A stretch of DNA of 36,907 bases from Candidatus Pacearchaeota archaeon (GCA_002686355.1 NZBV01000018.1:1-36907), one strand, 5' to 3'; positions 19,407-28,630 are shown, numbered from the stretch's first letter. Notes: a model not told the origin generated them from the letters alone. Numbers and translations: made by a program.

Positions 19407-20366
19407 ATGAAAATAGCATACTTTCTCATAGAACCCTGGCAGGAAAAAATTCTTAGAGAGAACTTTCTAGATTCTGAACTTCAGATTTTTTCACAACCTT
19501 TAAACAGGGAAAACATAGAAAAAATAACCGACACAGATATAATTGTCTCAAGGGCAAGATTTATTGATCTAAAGTTGAATAGGGAAACCTTGGAAAAACT
19601 TCCAAACCTGAAATTTATCGCAACAATGTCAACAGGTTTTGATCATATCGATTTAGATTATTGCAGGCAAAAAAACATTCTTGTCTCAAATGTACCCGCT
19701 TATGGAAGTGTTTCTGTGGTAGAACAGACTTTTGCACTTCTTCTCGCTATCTCAAGAAAGATTCCTCAGGCAGCAAATGCATTAAAAGATAATCCAACAA
19801 ATCAATCTAATTTAATTGGTTTTGACTTAGATGAAAAAACATTAGGTGTCATTGGTTCTGGAAAAATTGGATTAAATGTAATTAAGATTGCAAAAAGTTT
19901 TGGCATGAATGTTCTTGCTCATGACATCATTAAAAACCACCAGGCAGCTGAAGAATTAGGATTTAAATATGTTGAACTTAGCGAGCTTTTGCAAAATTCA
20001 GACATAATAACGCTTCACACGTTTCTTAATAAAGATTCATTCCACCTAATCAGCGAAAAAGAACTTTCTCTGTTAAAACAAGATGCAATTATAATCAACA
20101 CTGCACGAGGAGGACTAATAGATACTCGCGCCTTAATCAACTATCTTCAGAGCAATCCTCTTGCTTTTGCAGGTCTGGATGTTTTTGAAGGAGAATCAAC
20201 AGACTTTAAAGTGAATAAATATCTCCAAGAACTTTCAAGTGTGGATAATGTGATAATAACCCCTCACAATGCTTCAAATACAAAAGAAGCAAAGGAAAAA
20301 ATTCTTCAGACAACAATTGGAAATATAAAAGAATTCATTAATGAAAAGCAGATTAATGTTGTTTAA
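19407..20366 (+). CDS. D-isomer-specific 2-hydroxyacid dehydrogenase (D-lactate dehydrogenase-like)
   Basis: STGFDHID, NVPAY, GVIGSGKIG, INTARG, GLDVFEGE, ITPHNA. Confidence 0.92.
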   Translation: MKIAYFLIEPWQEKILRENFLDSELQIFSQPLNRENIEKITDTDIIVSRARFIDLKLNRETLEKLPNLKFIATMSTGFDHIDLDYCRQKNILVSNVPAYGSVSVVEQTFALLLAISRKIPQAANALKDNPTNQSNLIGFDLDEKTLGVIGSGKIGLNVIKIAKSFGMNVLAHDIIKNHQAAEELGFKYVELSELLQNSDIITLHTFLNKDSFHLISEKELSLLKQDAIIINTARGGLIDTRALINYLQSNPLAFAGLDVFEGESTDFKVNKYLQELSSVDNVIITPHNASNTKEAKEKILQTTIGNIKEFINEKQINVV

Positions 20367-21394
20367 GAAATCGTCTTCACAATCTTCAGAAATCCTTGTT
20401 TTAGCTTTTTCCTGTGGCTTGTCCCATAAGATTTCTTTCCCTGTTTTTTCATCTGAACATAACTATCATAGGCAACTTTTAGCGCTTCTTTGTTCCCTAA
20501 TTTTGGTTTCCATCCTAAAATTTTCCTTGCATTTTCATTGTTAAAATAAAAGTCCTTGTGAAACGTTAGGTAGTGCCAAGGCGCAAGAGGGGAGAGTCTC
20601 ATTTTATCTAGGATTTTCAAGGAGTTGATTGTAAAATTTGTCGGGAGAGAAATTATCTTTGAACCAGTTTTAGCATAATCTAGAAGAGATTGCAAATCTT
20701 CTCTTAGGGTTAAAAAATTCTTTGAGCCAATATTAAATATATGAGAACCTTTTTTCAGCAAAGACAAATAACAGCAAGAAGCCAAATCACCTGAATGCAA
20801 AAATTGTATTTTATTGTTCCCATTGCCAATGATATAGATATTTTTTCCTTCTGAAATCCATTCAAAAAAAATGTCAAAAATGCCCATTCTTCCAGGGCCC
20901 AAAACTGTTCGCGGTCTTATAATGTCCACATCCAATCCTTTTCTAATATATTCTCTGCAAACTAATTCCCCTTTTAATTTTGATTCAGCGTAGGGTCCGA
21001 CTGGATTATATTCATCGTTTTCATCAACAGGATTTTTTCCAGTAAACTGAACAGCACTTGTAGATAAATGAACTACTTTCTTAACTTTATTTTTTAGCGC
21101 AGCTTCTAACACATTTCTTGTTCCTTCAACATTAACCTCAATAAATTTTTTTCCTGCCTTGCTTATCGGAACTTTTGCTACAGTATGGATAATTCTATCA
21201 ACCCCAGAGCATGCTTCAGAAACTTTTTCCTTGTCAAGAATATCCCCATAAACAAATTCAACTTTTTCATAAAAAGAATTATCTGGCAGAGGATCAATAT
21301 CCATTACTCTCACCTTTTCACCTTTTTTTACCAAAAACCTGACAATTTCAAATCCACAAAACCCAGAACCCCCTGTAACTAAGCATATTCTCAT
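20363..21394 (-). CDS. NAD-dependent epimerase/dehydratase (extended SDR)
   Basis: TGGSGFCG, NVEGT, STSAV, YAESK, IRPR. Confidence 0.88.
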   Translation of the reverse strand: MRICLVTGGSGFCGFEIVRFLVKKGEKVRVMDIDPLPDNSFYEKVEFVYGDILDKEKVSEACSGVDRIIHTVAKVPISKAGKKFIEVNVEGTRNVLEAALKNKVKKVVHLSTSAVQFTGKNPVDENDEYNPVGPYAESKLKGELVCREYIRKGLDVDIIRPRTVLGPGRMGIFDIFFEWISEGKNIYIIGNGNNKIQFLHSGDLASCCYLSLLKKGSHIFNIGSKNFLTLREDLQSLLDYAKTGSKIISLPTNFTINSLKILDKMRLSPLAPWHYLTFHKDFYFNNENARKILGWKPKLGNKEALKVAYDSYVQMKKQGKKSYGTSHRKKLKQGFLKIVKTIS

Positions 21395-22384
21395 TTAAAC
21401 ATTAACCCCTTGTCTCCTGCACCAATCAATTGATTTTTCCATTCCCTCTTTCAAAGAAACTTTTGGATCATAGCCTAATTCTTTTTTTGCTTTTTCAACA
21501 TTGCATGCGATATCCTGATCCATCTCCCCTGCAACATGAAGTTCTTTGTTATAAATTCCGACACTTTGCAATAAACTATCAGCGATTCTACAAATACCCG
21601 AAACAAATCCAGGAATATGACGCGGTTTTAGCTTTACCCCCAAAATATCTGCAATAGTTTCATAAATTTCAATTATTGGGTAAGGTTTCTCATCTGCGAT
21701 CCAGTATGTCTGTCCACTTGCTCGTTTTTTAGTTGCTGCCAAAATTAATCCCTGAACTGCATTGTCAATGTAAGTCATGCTTCTTATATTCTTTCCGTTG
21801 CCAAATACAATTGGATTTCCTTTTTTAACCATCTTAAAAAAGGTTGTTTGTCTTAAGGGTTGGTTTGGTCCGTAAAACCAGCAGGGCCTTATAATAGTCA
21901 CATCGATTTTTCCTTCTCTATATTTTCTATTAACATATTTTTCTGCTAGCATCTTGCTCTTTCCATAACCTTTGTAAGGTTTATAGGGGGTTTCTTCATC
22001 AAATAACATTTTATTTTTATTAAATCCAAAAGGAGAATTGCTACTCACGAAAACAAATTTTTTAACTCCTGAGTTTATTGCTTCATTGATAATATTTTTT
22101 GTTCCAATAAAATTCAAATTATAAAGATCTTTTGTTTTTTTTGGATGAATTATTCCTGCACAATGTATAACTATTTCAATACCTTTTGTAGCATTCTTCA
22201 AACTTTCTTTTTTAGTTAAGTTGCCTTTTGTAATCTCAGCGCCCATTTTCTTCAGATGTTCTGCATTCATCCCTTCTAAAACAAGACATCTTACCTTGGC
22301 CCCTTTCTTTATCAACTCTTTAACCAGCGAATCTCCGAGCCATCCCGGAGCTCCTGTAACAAGAATCTTTTTTCTCTTGACCAT
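21395..22384 (-). CDS. NAD-dependent epimerase/dehydratase (extended SDR); start refined to MVKRKK
   Basis: TGAPGWLG, HCAG, SSNS, YGKSK, RPCWFYGP. TATA at 22406-22413 supports a start at 22384. Confidence 0.88.
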   Translation of the reverse strand: MVKRKKILVTGAPGWLGDSLVKELIKKGAKVRCLVLEGMNAEHLKKMGAEITKGNLTKKESLKNATKGIEIVIHCAGIIHPKKTKDLYNLNFIGTKNIINEAINSGVKKFVFVSSNSPFGFNKNKMLFDEETPYKPYKGYGKSKMLAEKYVNRKYREGKIDVTIIRPCWFYGPNQPLRQTTFFKMVKKGNPIVFGNGKNIRSMTYIDNAVQGLILAATKKRASGQTYWIADEKPYPIIEIYETIADILGVKLKPRHIPGFVSGICRIADSLLQSVGIYNKELHVAGEMDQDIACNVEKAKKELGYDPKVSLKEGMEKSIDWCRRQGVNV

Positions 22385-22405
22385 TAATCTTTTCCAACCC
22401 TTAGA

Positions 22406-22444
22406 TATATAAATGTTGTCTTTCAAATTCGATGCATTTTTAAA
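22406..22444. promoter_or_regulatory. Divergent TATA-box pair
   Basis: tatataaa at 22406-22413 serves the - gene at 22384. tttttaaa at 22437-22444 serves the + gene at 22467. Confidence 0.55.
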
Positions 22445-22466
22445 GAAAAGGTTTATTCATTTTAGG

Positions 22467-23321
22467 ATGACAATAATATCAGATTTATCCAGATTATTGA
22501 GGATATCTCAGTGGTATAAAAACCTTTTAATATTTGTGCCATTGATTTTTTCATTGAATCTTTTTAACTTGGACATTTTCCTAAGAGTTCTCTTGGGATT
22601 TTTATCCCTTTCACTTTTATCTTCAAGTTATTATATAATTAATGATCTTAAGGATATTGAAAAAGATAAGCATCATCCCGAAAAAAAGAAACGCCCTCTT
22701 GCGTCTGGAAGAACTCCAAAATTTTTAGCAGCCCTCCTTTTTTTCTTTTTATTTATCAATTCATTAGCAATCGCTTTTTTTCTTTCAAACATTTTTTTCA
22801 CCATAATGATCGTCTTGTTTGCTCTCTCTCAAATCTATAATCTTATCCTTAGGAACATTGCTTTTTTTGATATAATTGCGATTTCTCTCAATTTCGTTGT
22901 CAGAATTCTTTCTGGAAGTTTTTTAATAGGAGTAACCCCCCAATATCCATTGGTTTTATCAGCATTCTTTCTTTCTGTGTTTATGGTTTCAGGCAAAAGA
23001 ATTTCTGAAACTTACCTTTCTGACCTTATAAAGTATCGTCCTTCTCTCAGCAAACAACATAAAGACACTTTAACTTTGATGGCAACTGTTTCAGTGGCAT
23101 CTACAATCATTTTGTTTTCTTTTTATGCTCTTGAAATCTCTAAGCCTCTTTTACTATTAACTTTGCCACTCTCCTTTTATTTGGTTTTAGTTTATTTCAA
23201 CAGTGTATTTCACAATCCTGAAAAAATAAGAAACCCAGAAAAATTTATATTTGACAAAAGAATAATTCTTTCTTTGTTCTTTTGGACAGTTTTATTAATC
23301 TTGGCTCTATATGTTTTTTAG
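22467..23321 (+). CDS. UbiA-family polyprenyl-phosphate phosphoribosyltransferase-like protein (decaprenylphosphoryl-5-phosphoribose synthase type)
   Basis: R..QWYKN and YIINDLKDIEKDKHHPEKKKRPLASG, plus the later FVVR and KR..E motifs, are typical of this subfamily. Multi-TM. Confidence 0.82.
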   Translation: MTIISDLSRLLRISQWYKNLLIFVPLIFSLNLFNLDIFLRVLLGFLSLSLLSSSYYIINDLKDIEKDKHHPEKKKRPLASGRTPKFLAALLFFFLFINSLAIAFFLSNIFFTIMIVLFALSQIYNLILRNIAFFDIIAISLNFVVRILSGSFLIGVTPQYPLVLSAFFLSVFMVSGKRISETYLSDLIKYRPSLSKQHKDTLTLMATVSVASTIILFSFYALEISKPLLLLTLPLSFYLVLVYFNSVFHNPEKIRNPEKFIFDKRIILSLFFWTVLLILALYVF

Positions 23322-24601
23322 ATTTCTTGTTTTTTTGATAATTCTTTAGAGGCTTTTTCAGGAGAACATTTTTCAAGATTAATCTTTCTTATAAAAATCC
23401 CTTTGAAAACTAATCCAACTAAGCTAGGAATATCCTTTATTTTTAGCAATTTAGAAATTTTCTCTTTTCCTGTTCCAGAATTTATTTTTTTTAGGTCATC
23501 TATCTTTATTGTGAGAACAGACATTTTAATTGCTACGATCATAAATGAGGCTAAAGAAAATATTAATACCCCTGGCCACAGAACAAAATTATTTTCAAGG
23601 AGTAATCCAATAGGAATCACAATATAAGGGATCATTGCTGATAAATATCTGTAATCTCCGCCACCCCCTGCCCAGTAGGTTTTGTGTTTTGAGACAAGCA
23701 AAAACAGAGGAAGTGTCAGGCATAAAAATAAAATTAAATTTTCATAGCTAAGATAATAAAATCCGATAATTCCAAATATTAAAACAGGACTAAGAACTAA
23801 CATCCCTCCTGGCAGAAAAATCTCTTTTTTCTTTTTTATATGAAACAACAATCCAAAAATCCCTTTCAAAATTGGGGTTACAAAAGTTGTCCGGAGAGAA
23901 TTAGACCATCTAAAGTGCGCACTGTATTTGTAAGATGTTGTCAGAGGCGAGCCAAAACATCTCCAGTTATATAAAAACAAGGGAACCACCCCAAGAACAT
24001 ATCCCCCTCCAAGTGGAAAAAGCACAGAATAATTTCCAAGGATAATTTGCGCGAGCCCGATTCCAAACAAGAACATAAAGTCAGTATACTCCACAATTGT
24101 TGCCAAACCAAGAATCAGTCCAATCACAAAAAAAGGATATCCATTAAGCAAAAAATAAACAGACAGCAAAACCAGGAAAGCAGACAGCGGATGGATGATG
24201 AAAGTTGTACTGTACCTCCAATTAATTGTGCATAGAGCAAATATCAAACCAGTTATAAGAGCGATTTTTTCTATTCCTACTAATTGCAGGGTGATTAGAT
24301 AGACAAGAACAGTGGACAAGATTCCAGAGATAACCGGAACCAGTACAACATTCAGTCCAAGAGCATGAAATGGAACAGAAGCAAAAGCCAGACCAGGCGG
24401 CCTATCACTATAATATTTGTCATTCTTTTTTGCATAATCCATAAAATTAGTATACCCAAGATATTCTTTTATTGCAAGTTTCTTTTTTTCAACTATTGCT
24501 CTGACCAAAGCATAGAGACTTCCGCTGTTGCAACAAGTTATTCCCTGCATGGAAAAAAGATAAACAAGGCTCACAATCAAAATTAAAATTATCAGCTCCA
24601 T
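23318..24601 (-). CDS. Polytopic membrane protein, probable GT-C glycosyltransferase
   Basis: Multiple TM helices. External-loop YYSDRPPGL, YNW..FGSPL and late GG...RYL motifs resemble lipid-linked-sugar (GT-C) transferases. Confidence 0.6.
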   Translation of the reverse strand: MELIILILIVSLVYLFSMQGITCCNSGSLYALVRAIVEKKKLAIKEYLGYTNFMDYAKKNDKYYSDRPPGLAFASVPFHALGLNVVLVPVISGILSTVLVYLITLQLVGIEKIALITGLIFALCTINWRYSTTFIIHPLSAFLVLLSVYFLLNGYPFFVIGLILGLATIVEYTDFMFLFGIGLAQIILGNYSVLFPLGGGYVLGVVPLFLYNWRCFGSPLTTSYKYSAHFRWSNSLRTTFVTPILKGIFGLLFHIKKKKEIFLPGGMLVLSPVLIFGIIGFYYLSYENLILFLCLTLPLFLLVSKHKTYWAGGGGDYRYLSAMIPYIVIPIGLLLENNFVLWPGVLIFSLASFMIVAIKMSVLTIKIDDLKKINSGTGKEKISKLLKIKDIPSLVGLVFKGIFIRKINLEKCSPEKASKELSKKQEI

Positions 24602-24684
24602 TTTATTTAAAATTTTAAATCATTTATAAATTATTTCATACCATTATCTTTATAAATCTGTTTTATTAATCCCATTTATTCAAA

Positions 24685-25830
24685 ATGCCAACAATGCCAT
24701 TATCACATAAATTAAAACTCTTTTCTAATTATATTTATGCAGGAAGATTCAGGGAAATTTATAATATGTTTTGGGTATATCCTCTTTGGTGGAATCGAAA
24801 ATGGGCTGCGTTTATTCTTAACAAATTTCTTCCAAAGCTTGGGATAGATTTATTTCCGCCTTTTTTGGAGATAGAACCTACGACAATATGCCCTTTTAGA
24901 TGCATCTGCTGTGAACATACTTATTGGGAGGAATCTGCAAAGAATATGACATTTCAACAGTTTAAAAAAATCTTTGATGATTTTGGAAGGCCAAAATGGA
25001 TCGGCCTTACAGGAATTGGTTATTCTTACGCAAATAAAGATTATCATAAAATGATTGCATACGCAAAATCAAGAGGAACAATTGTCGAAGTTTTTGACCA
25101 CTTTGCAAAATTCAAAGATGATGACCAGATAAGAGAATTAATTGAAATAGGTCCTGATTTCCAGTTCATATCTACTTATGGAGCTTCAAAGAAATCATTT
25201 GAAACTGTATGCGTAGGAAGTAGTTATGATACTGTGATTGAGAATATTAGAAAATTTGTAGAACTAAAAAAGAAAATGAACAAGCGATTCCCTATCCTAA
25301 GTTTTCATTATATTGTAACTTCAGAATCAAAGGATGAGTTAAAAGGTTTTTTTAAATTCTTACACTCTCTTGATACAGAAATAGCAGAGGTTCTAGTAAC
25401 TCCGATGCTCCATAGCTTTAAAGAGGCTGAGAAGTATTGTGTTGATTTGGACAAAGAATATATAGAAAACATAAAAAAAACAGCAAGAAGATACAAAATT
25501 CCAATTACTATAAACATGTGTGCAAAAAAAGAATCAGAAGGTTTGCACAAAAAACCAGATATAGGCAGTTGTAAGGAATATATCATGCCTTTTATTTTTG
25601 TCAACGGAAATGTAACCCCTTGTTGTGGTCAGAATGAAGTTAATCAGAGAGAATGGCAGCATAAGACTTCTCTTGGAAATGCACTGGAAAAACCATTTAG
25701 GGAAATTTGGTATTCCCCTAGATACAAAAATCTAAGGAAAATGATTAGAAAAAACAAGTGCCCTCCTGGATGTGCCTTTTGCCCTGCTTATGAGAAAATA
25801 GGTCTAAAAAATGACCCTGAAAAGAAATAA
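24685..25830 (+). CDS. Radical SAM protein with C-terminal SPASM/twitch domain
   Basis: IEPTTICPFRCICC (CxxxCxxC). C...PFIFVNGNVTPCC, LGN....FREIW, CPPGCAFC. Confidence 0.9.
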   Translation: MPTMPLSHKLKLFSNYIYAGRFREIYNMFWVYPLWWNRKWAAFILNKFLPKLGIDLFPPFLEIEPTTICPFRCICCEHTYWEESAKNMTFQQFKKIFDDFGRPKWIGLTGIGYSYANKDYHKMIAYAKSRGTIVEVFDHFAKFKDDDQIRELIEIGPDFQFISTYGASKKSFETVCVGSSYDTVIENIRKFVELKKKMNKRFPILSFHYIVTSESKDELKGFFKFLHSLDTEIAEVLVTPMLHSFKEAEKYCVDLDKEYIENIKKTARRYKIPITINMCAKKESEGLHKKPDIGSCKEYIMPFIFVNGNVTPCCGQNEVNQREWQHKTSLGNALEKPFREIWYSPRYKNLRKMIRKNKCPPGCAFCPAYEKIGLKNDPEKK

Positions 25831-25878
25831 TGGATTTTGTATGGTAACTCTTAAAAACACCTTATTTTTTTATTTTAA

Positions 25879-27414
25879 ATGAAAATTACACTAATTTCAA
25901 CCACGACATATCCCTCTGACCAGGGGATAAGGACAATCTCAGGGGTTCTTAAAGATGCAGGTCATGATGTAAGAATTGTATTTATGACTTTGAGCGAGGA
26001 TTATTCAAGAAACTATAACAAATCAGAATTAGGCCAATTGTTGAAAATCTGCAAGAAAAGCAAATTAATCGGAATAAATTCTTTTGCTTCAACGTCTAAG
26101 CGTGCTGCAAGAATCATCAATTTTTTAAAACAAAAATTAAATGTTCCAATCGTTTATGGGGGGGTTCATGCAACAATTTCTCCAGAAGATGCAATAAAAT
26201 ATTCTGATATTGTTTGTGTTGGCGAAGGTGAAGGAGCAATTCTTGATTTGGCACATGCAATTGAAAAGGGCAAACCCTTAGATAAGATAAAAAATCTTTG
26301 GGTCAGAAAAGGCAATAAAATAGTAAAGAACGATGTTCGCAATTTAATAGATGATGTAGACTCAATTCCCTTCCCAGATTATGACATTCAGAACCATTTT
26401 ATCCTCGATGGAGGCAAGATAAGAAAGTTTCTTGAATACGATTTAGGAGGTATGATTTTTTTTCTTACAGGAAGAGGCTGTCCTTATGGCTGTGATTACT
26501 GTAGCAACGGGCTTTTCAATGAACTATACTGCGGAAAGAGAAAAAAAATACTAAGATGGCATTCTCCAGAATATATCATTAGGGGGATATTATATCTTAA
26601 AAAAAGATTCCCTTCTTTGGGATATTTTGACATAAGAGATGATACTTTTTCTCTCAGACCATTGGAAGACATAAAGAAATTTTGTAAATTATACAAGGAA
26701 AAAGTTAAAATGAGATTCAAATGTCTTGGCGACCCAAAAACAATTACAGACGAAAAAATAAAACTTCTCGTTGATGCTGGTTGTACAGACATTATCATTG
26801 GAATTCAGGGTTCAGAGCGGGTTAATCAGGAGATTTATCATCGGAACCAACAAGACGAGCATGTTATCCAGGCAGCTAAGATTCTTAGCAAGTACAAAAA
26901 TAAACTTGCAATAATGTATGACATCATCACCTGCAACCCCTATGAAAAATCAGAGGACATACTGAACTTAATACGCCTTTTACAAAAAATCCCGCGACCT
27001 TTTTATCTCTCTGTAAATAATCTAGTTTTCTTTACAGGTTCCAAATTATACGAGCGAGCAAAAAGAGACAGTACTGTAAAATCAGAAAAAGATTCTGCAA
27101 TTCAATTGAATTACTGGGATAGGAGTTCACATATCTTGTTAAAAAGAAAAAACATATATCTTGTATTAATCTTGAACCTAATGAGAGGTGTTGCAACTGA
27201 GAATCGTTTTGGTCTGATGCCTAATTTTTTACTTAATCATCTTCTTGAGCCAGAAAGGGTGAGGGAAAATCTGCAAAATGAATTCCCCACTTTATTTGTC
27301 CTTAAATTCGTAAAATTGATAGACATTTTTAGAGAAAGAATTGCAAAACCAACATATCGTTCACTTCCATTGAATTTCAGAATCTGGTATGATAGAGCAA
27401 GATATAGGGTTTAA
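25879..27414 (+). CDS. Cobalamin-binding radical SAM protein #4
   Basis: VYGGVHAT, VCVGEGE, TGRGCPYGCDYC, RDDTF, GIQGSE. Confidence 0.9.
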   Translation: MKITLISTTTYPSDQGIRTISGVLKDAGHDVRIVFMTLSEDYSRNYNKSELGQLLKICKKSKLIGINSFASTSKRAARIINFLKQKLNVPIVYGGVHATISPEDAIKYSDIVCVGEGEGAILDLAHAIEKGKPLDKIKNLWVRKGNKIVKNDVRNLIDDVDSIPFPDYDIQNHFILDGGKIRKFLEYDLGGMIFFLTGRGCPYGCDYCSNGLFNELYCGKRKKILRWHSPEYIIRGILYLKKRFPSLGYFDIRDDTFSLRPLEDIKKFCKLYKEKVKMRFKCLGDPKTITDEKIKLLVDAGCTDIIIGIQGSERVNQEIYHRNQQDEHVIQAAKILSKYKNKLAIMYDIITCNPYEKSEDILNLIRLLQKIPRPFYLSVNNLVFFTGSKLYERAKRDSTVKSEKDSAIQLNYWDRSSHILLKRKNIYLVLILNLMRGVATENRFGLMPNFLLNHLLEPERVRENLQNEFPTLFVLKFVKLIDIFRERIAKPTYRSLPLNFRIWYDRARYRV

Positions 27415-27662
27415 TTTAATTCTTCCTCAATCTCTCTATGTTTCTCAAAATCATAATCTTGTCCAAGTTTTTCTTTTAGAAAATTTTCATAAGTGTGTAT
27501 CATTGCTAACACAACTTTCTTTTCATTGTCATTTAAATCACACATGCACGCCCCACATTTAGGACACTCAAAATCCCCACACTTTTCACATTCTTTATCA
27601 TCGTCAGATTTTCCAAACCATTCAAAACATTTAAAGCACTTGATTTTTTTCGGACTACACAT
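27411..27662 (-). CDS. Small Cys-rich (zinc-finger-like) hypothetical protein
   Basis: CFKC...CEKC....CPKC..CMC. Start overlaps the queC stop (ATGTGTAG). Lys/Glu-rich like its neighbours. Confidence 0.75.
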   Translation of the reverse strand: MCSPKKIKCFKCFEWFGKSDDDKECEKCGDFECPKCGACMCDLNDNEKKVVLAMIHTYENFLKEKLGQDYDFEKHREIEEELN

Positions 27663-28365
27663 TTTTGTAAATTGTTGGATCTTTTATTTCTGAAAATTTA
27701 AATGCTTTTTTTCTTGCCTTGCAACTTCCACAAATCCCGCAGTGAATTGGGATTTTATTTTCATCAAAACCTCTCCCAACATAACAACTATAAGTTTTTT
27801 CCAGCCCAACTTCTAACTCTTTTGCCAGTTCAATCACTTCTTCTTTTTCTTTTTCCAAAAAAGGCGCAACAAATTTTAAGTTCCCTTCTTGCGTGCAGAA
27901 ATTCACCAACTTATTCATTTCACCGACAAATTCAGGAGTGGTATCCTTGAACTGAAGTTCTCCCTCATATTTTATTCCAATATAAACACCATATTTTTCT
28001 TTTTTAGAAATAAACTCTGATTCTGCAATTGCCAAACCCATTAACAAAAAAAGAGCATTCCTGCAAGGCACATACCATGAAATTATTTCATCTTCTTTCT
28101 CTATTCCTTTTAATTTTTCTTCATCTATTTTTTTATTTATCAAAGAAGTACTAATCTTTCCAAGCCATTTAGCATCAATGATTTTCAATTCAGCTCCAAG
28201 CTCTTTTACTGTGTTTTCAACACAAAATTTTTCTTCTTCAAATGATTGCTGTCCATAATCAATAAAAACCAGCAAAAGATTATCAAGTTTCTCTTTCTTT
28301 TTCAAATAATGAGCCAGCACAACACTATCCATTCCTCCAGACACAAGAACAACTGCATTCTTCAT
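27655..28365 (-). CDS. queC: 7-cyano-7-deazaguanine synthase (QueC family)
   Basis: SGGMDS PP-loop, DYGQ, VPCRN, TYSCY, CGICGSC..R, DPT.Y. Confidence 0.85.
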   Translation of the reverse strand: MKNAVVLVSGGMDSVVLAHYLKKKEKLDNLLLVFIDYGQQSFEEEKFCVENTVKELGAELKIIDAKWLGKISTSLINKKIDEEKLKGIEKEDEIISWYVPCRNALFLLMGLAIAESEFISKKEKYGVYIGIKYEGELQFKDTTPEFVGEMNKLVNFCTQEGNLKFVAPFLEKEKEEVIELAKELEVGLEKTYSCYVGRGFDENKIPIHCGICGSCKARKKAFKFSEIKDPTIYKNV

Positions 28366-28384
28366 GAATTATTCCAACCAATCC

Positions 28385-28404
28385 TATATAAAAAACTTTA
28401 TATA
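28385..28404. promoter_or_regulatory. Back-to-back bidirectional TATA boxes (TATATAAA-AAAC-TTTATATA)
   Basis: Inverted pair 19 nt from the queC ATG (28365) and 21 nt from ATG 28426. Confidence 0.65.
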
Positions 28405-28425
28405 ACTCATTATCGCTAATTTTTA

Positions 28426-28629
28426 ATGGCACAAAAGAAAGCTTCAGAATTGAAAGAAGGAGATACAATAATTGTCTACGGGGAAAAAGCAGTTGTTAAA
28501 AAAATAGAAACTTCTGGAAAAGGCATCAAGCAAGGAAAAATCAAGTGCAGAATTGAAGCAGAATCTGTAACAGACAAAAAACCAGTGACAATAATCCGGC
28601 TTGCTGACGACTTGATTGAAGCAGCATAA
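28426..28629 (+). CDS. Half-size aIF5A/eIF5A-like protein (N-terminal SH3/KOW domain only)
   Basis: ASELKEGDTIIVYGE..VVKKIETSGKGIKQGKIKCRIEA...D aligns by eye with the aIF5A pattern LK.G.Y..IDGEP..I....S.PGKHG.AK.RIEA...D. Stops at 67 aa. Confidence 0.7.
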   Translation: MAQKKASELKEGDTIIVYGEKAVVKKIETSGKGIKQGKIKCRIEAESVTDKKPVTIIRLADDLIEAA

Positions 28630-28630
28630 A

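Noticed and set aside
22467..23321. UbiA as archaeal DGGGP synthase or quinone prenyltransferase
   Set aside because: The QWxKN and HPxKxxRPLASG motifs fit the phosphoribosyltransferase subfamily better.
14836..25830. Sulfatase plus anaerobic sulfatase maturase (SPASM rSAM) pair
   Set aside because: The sulfatase-like protein lacks the C/S-x-P-x-R motif that is converted to formylglycine.
27411..27662. Cys-rich ORF as a RiPP precursor for the neighbouring radical SAMs
   Set aside because: CxxC pairs indicate a zinc finger. It is on the opposite strand and is coupled to queC.
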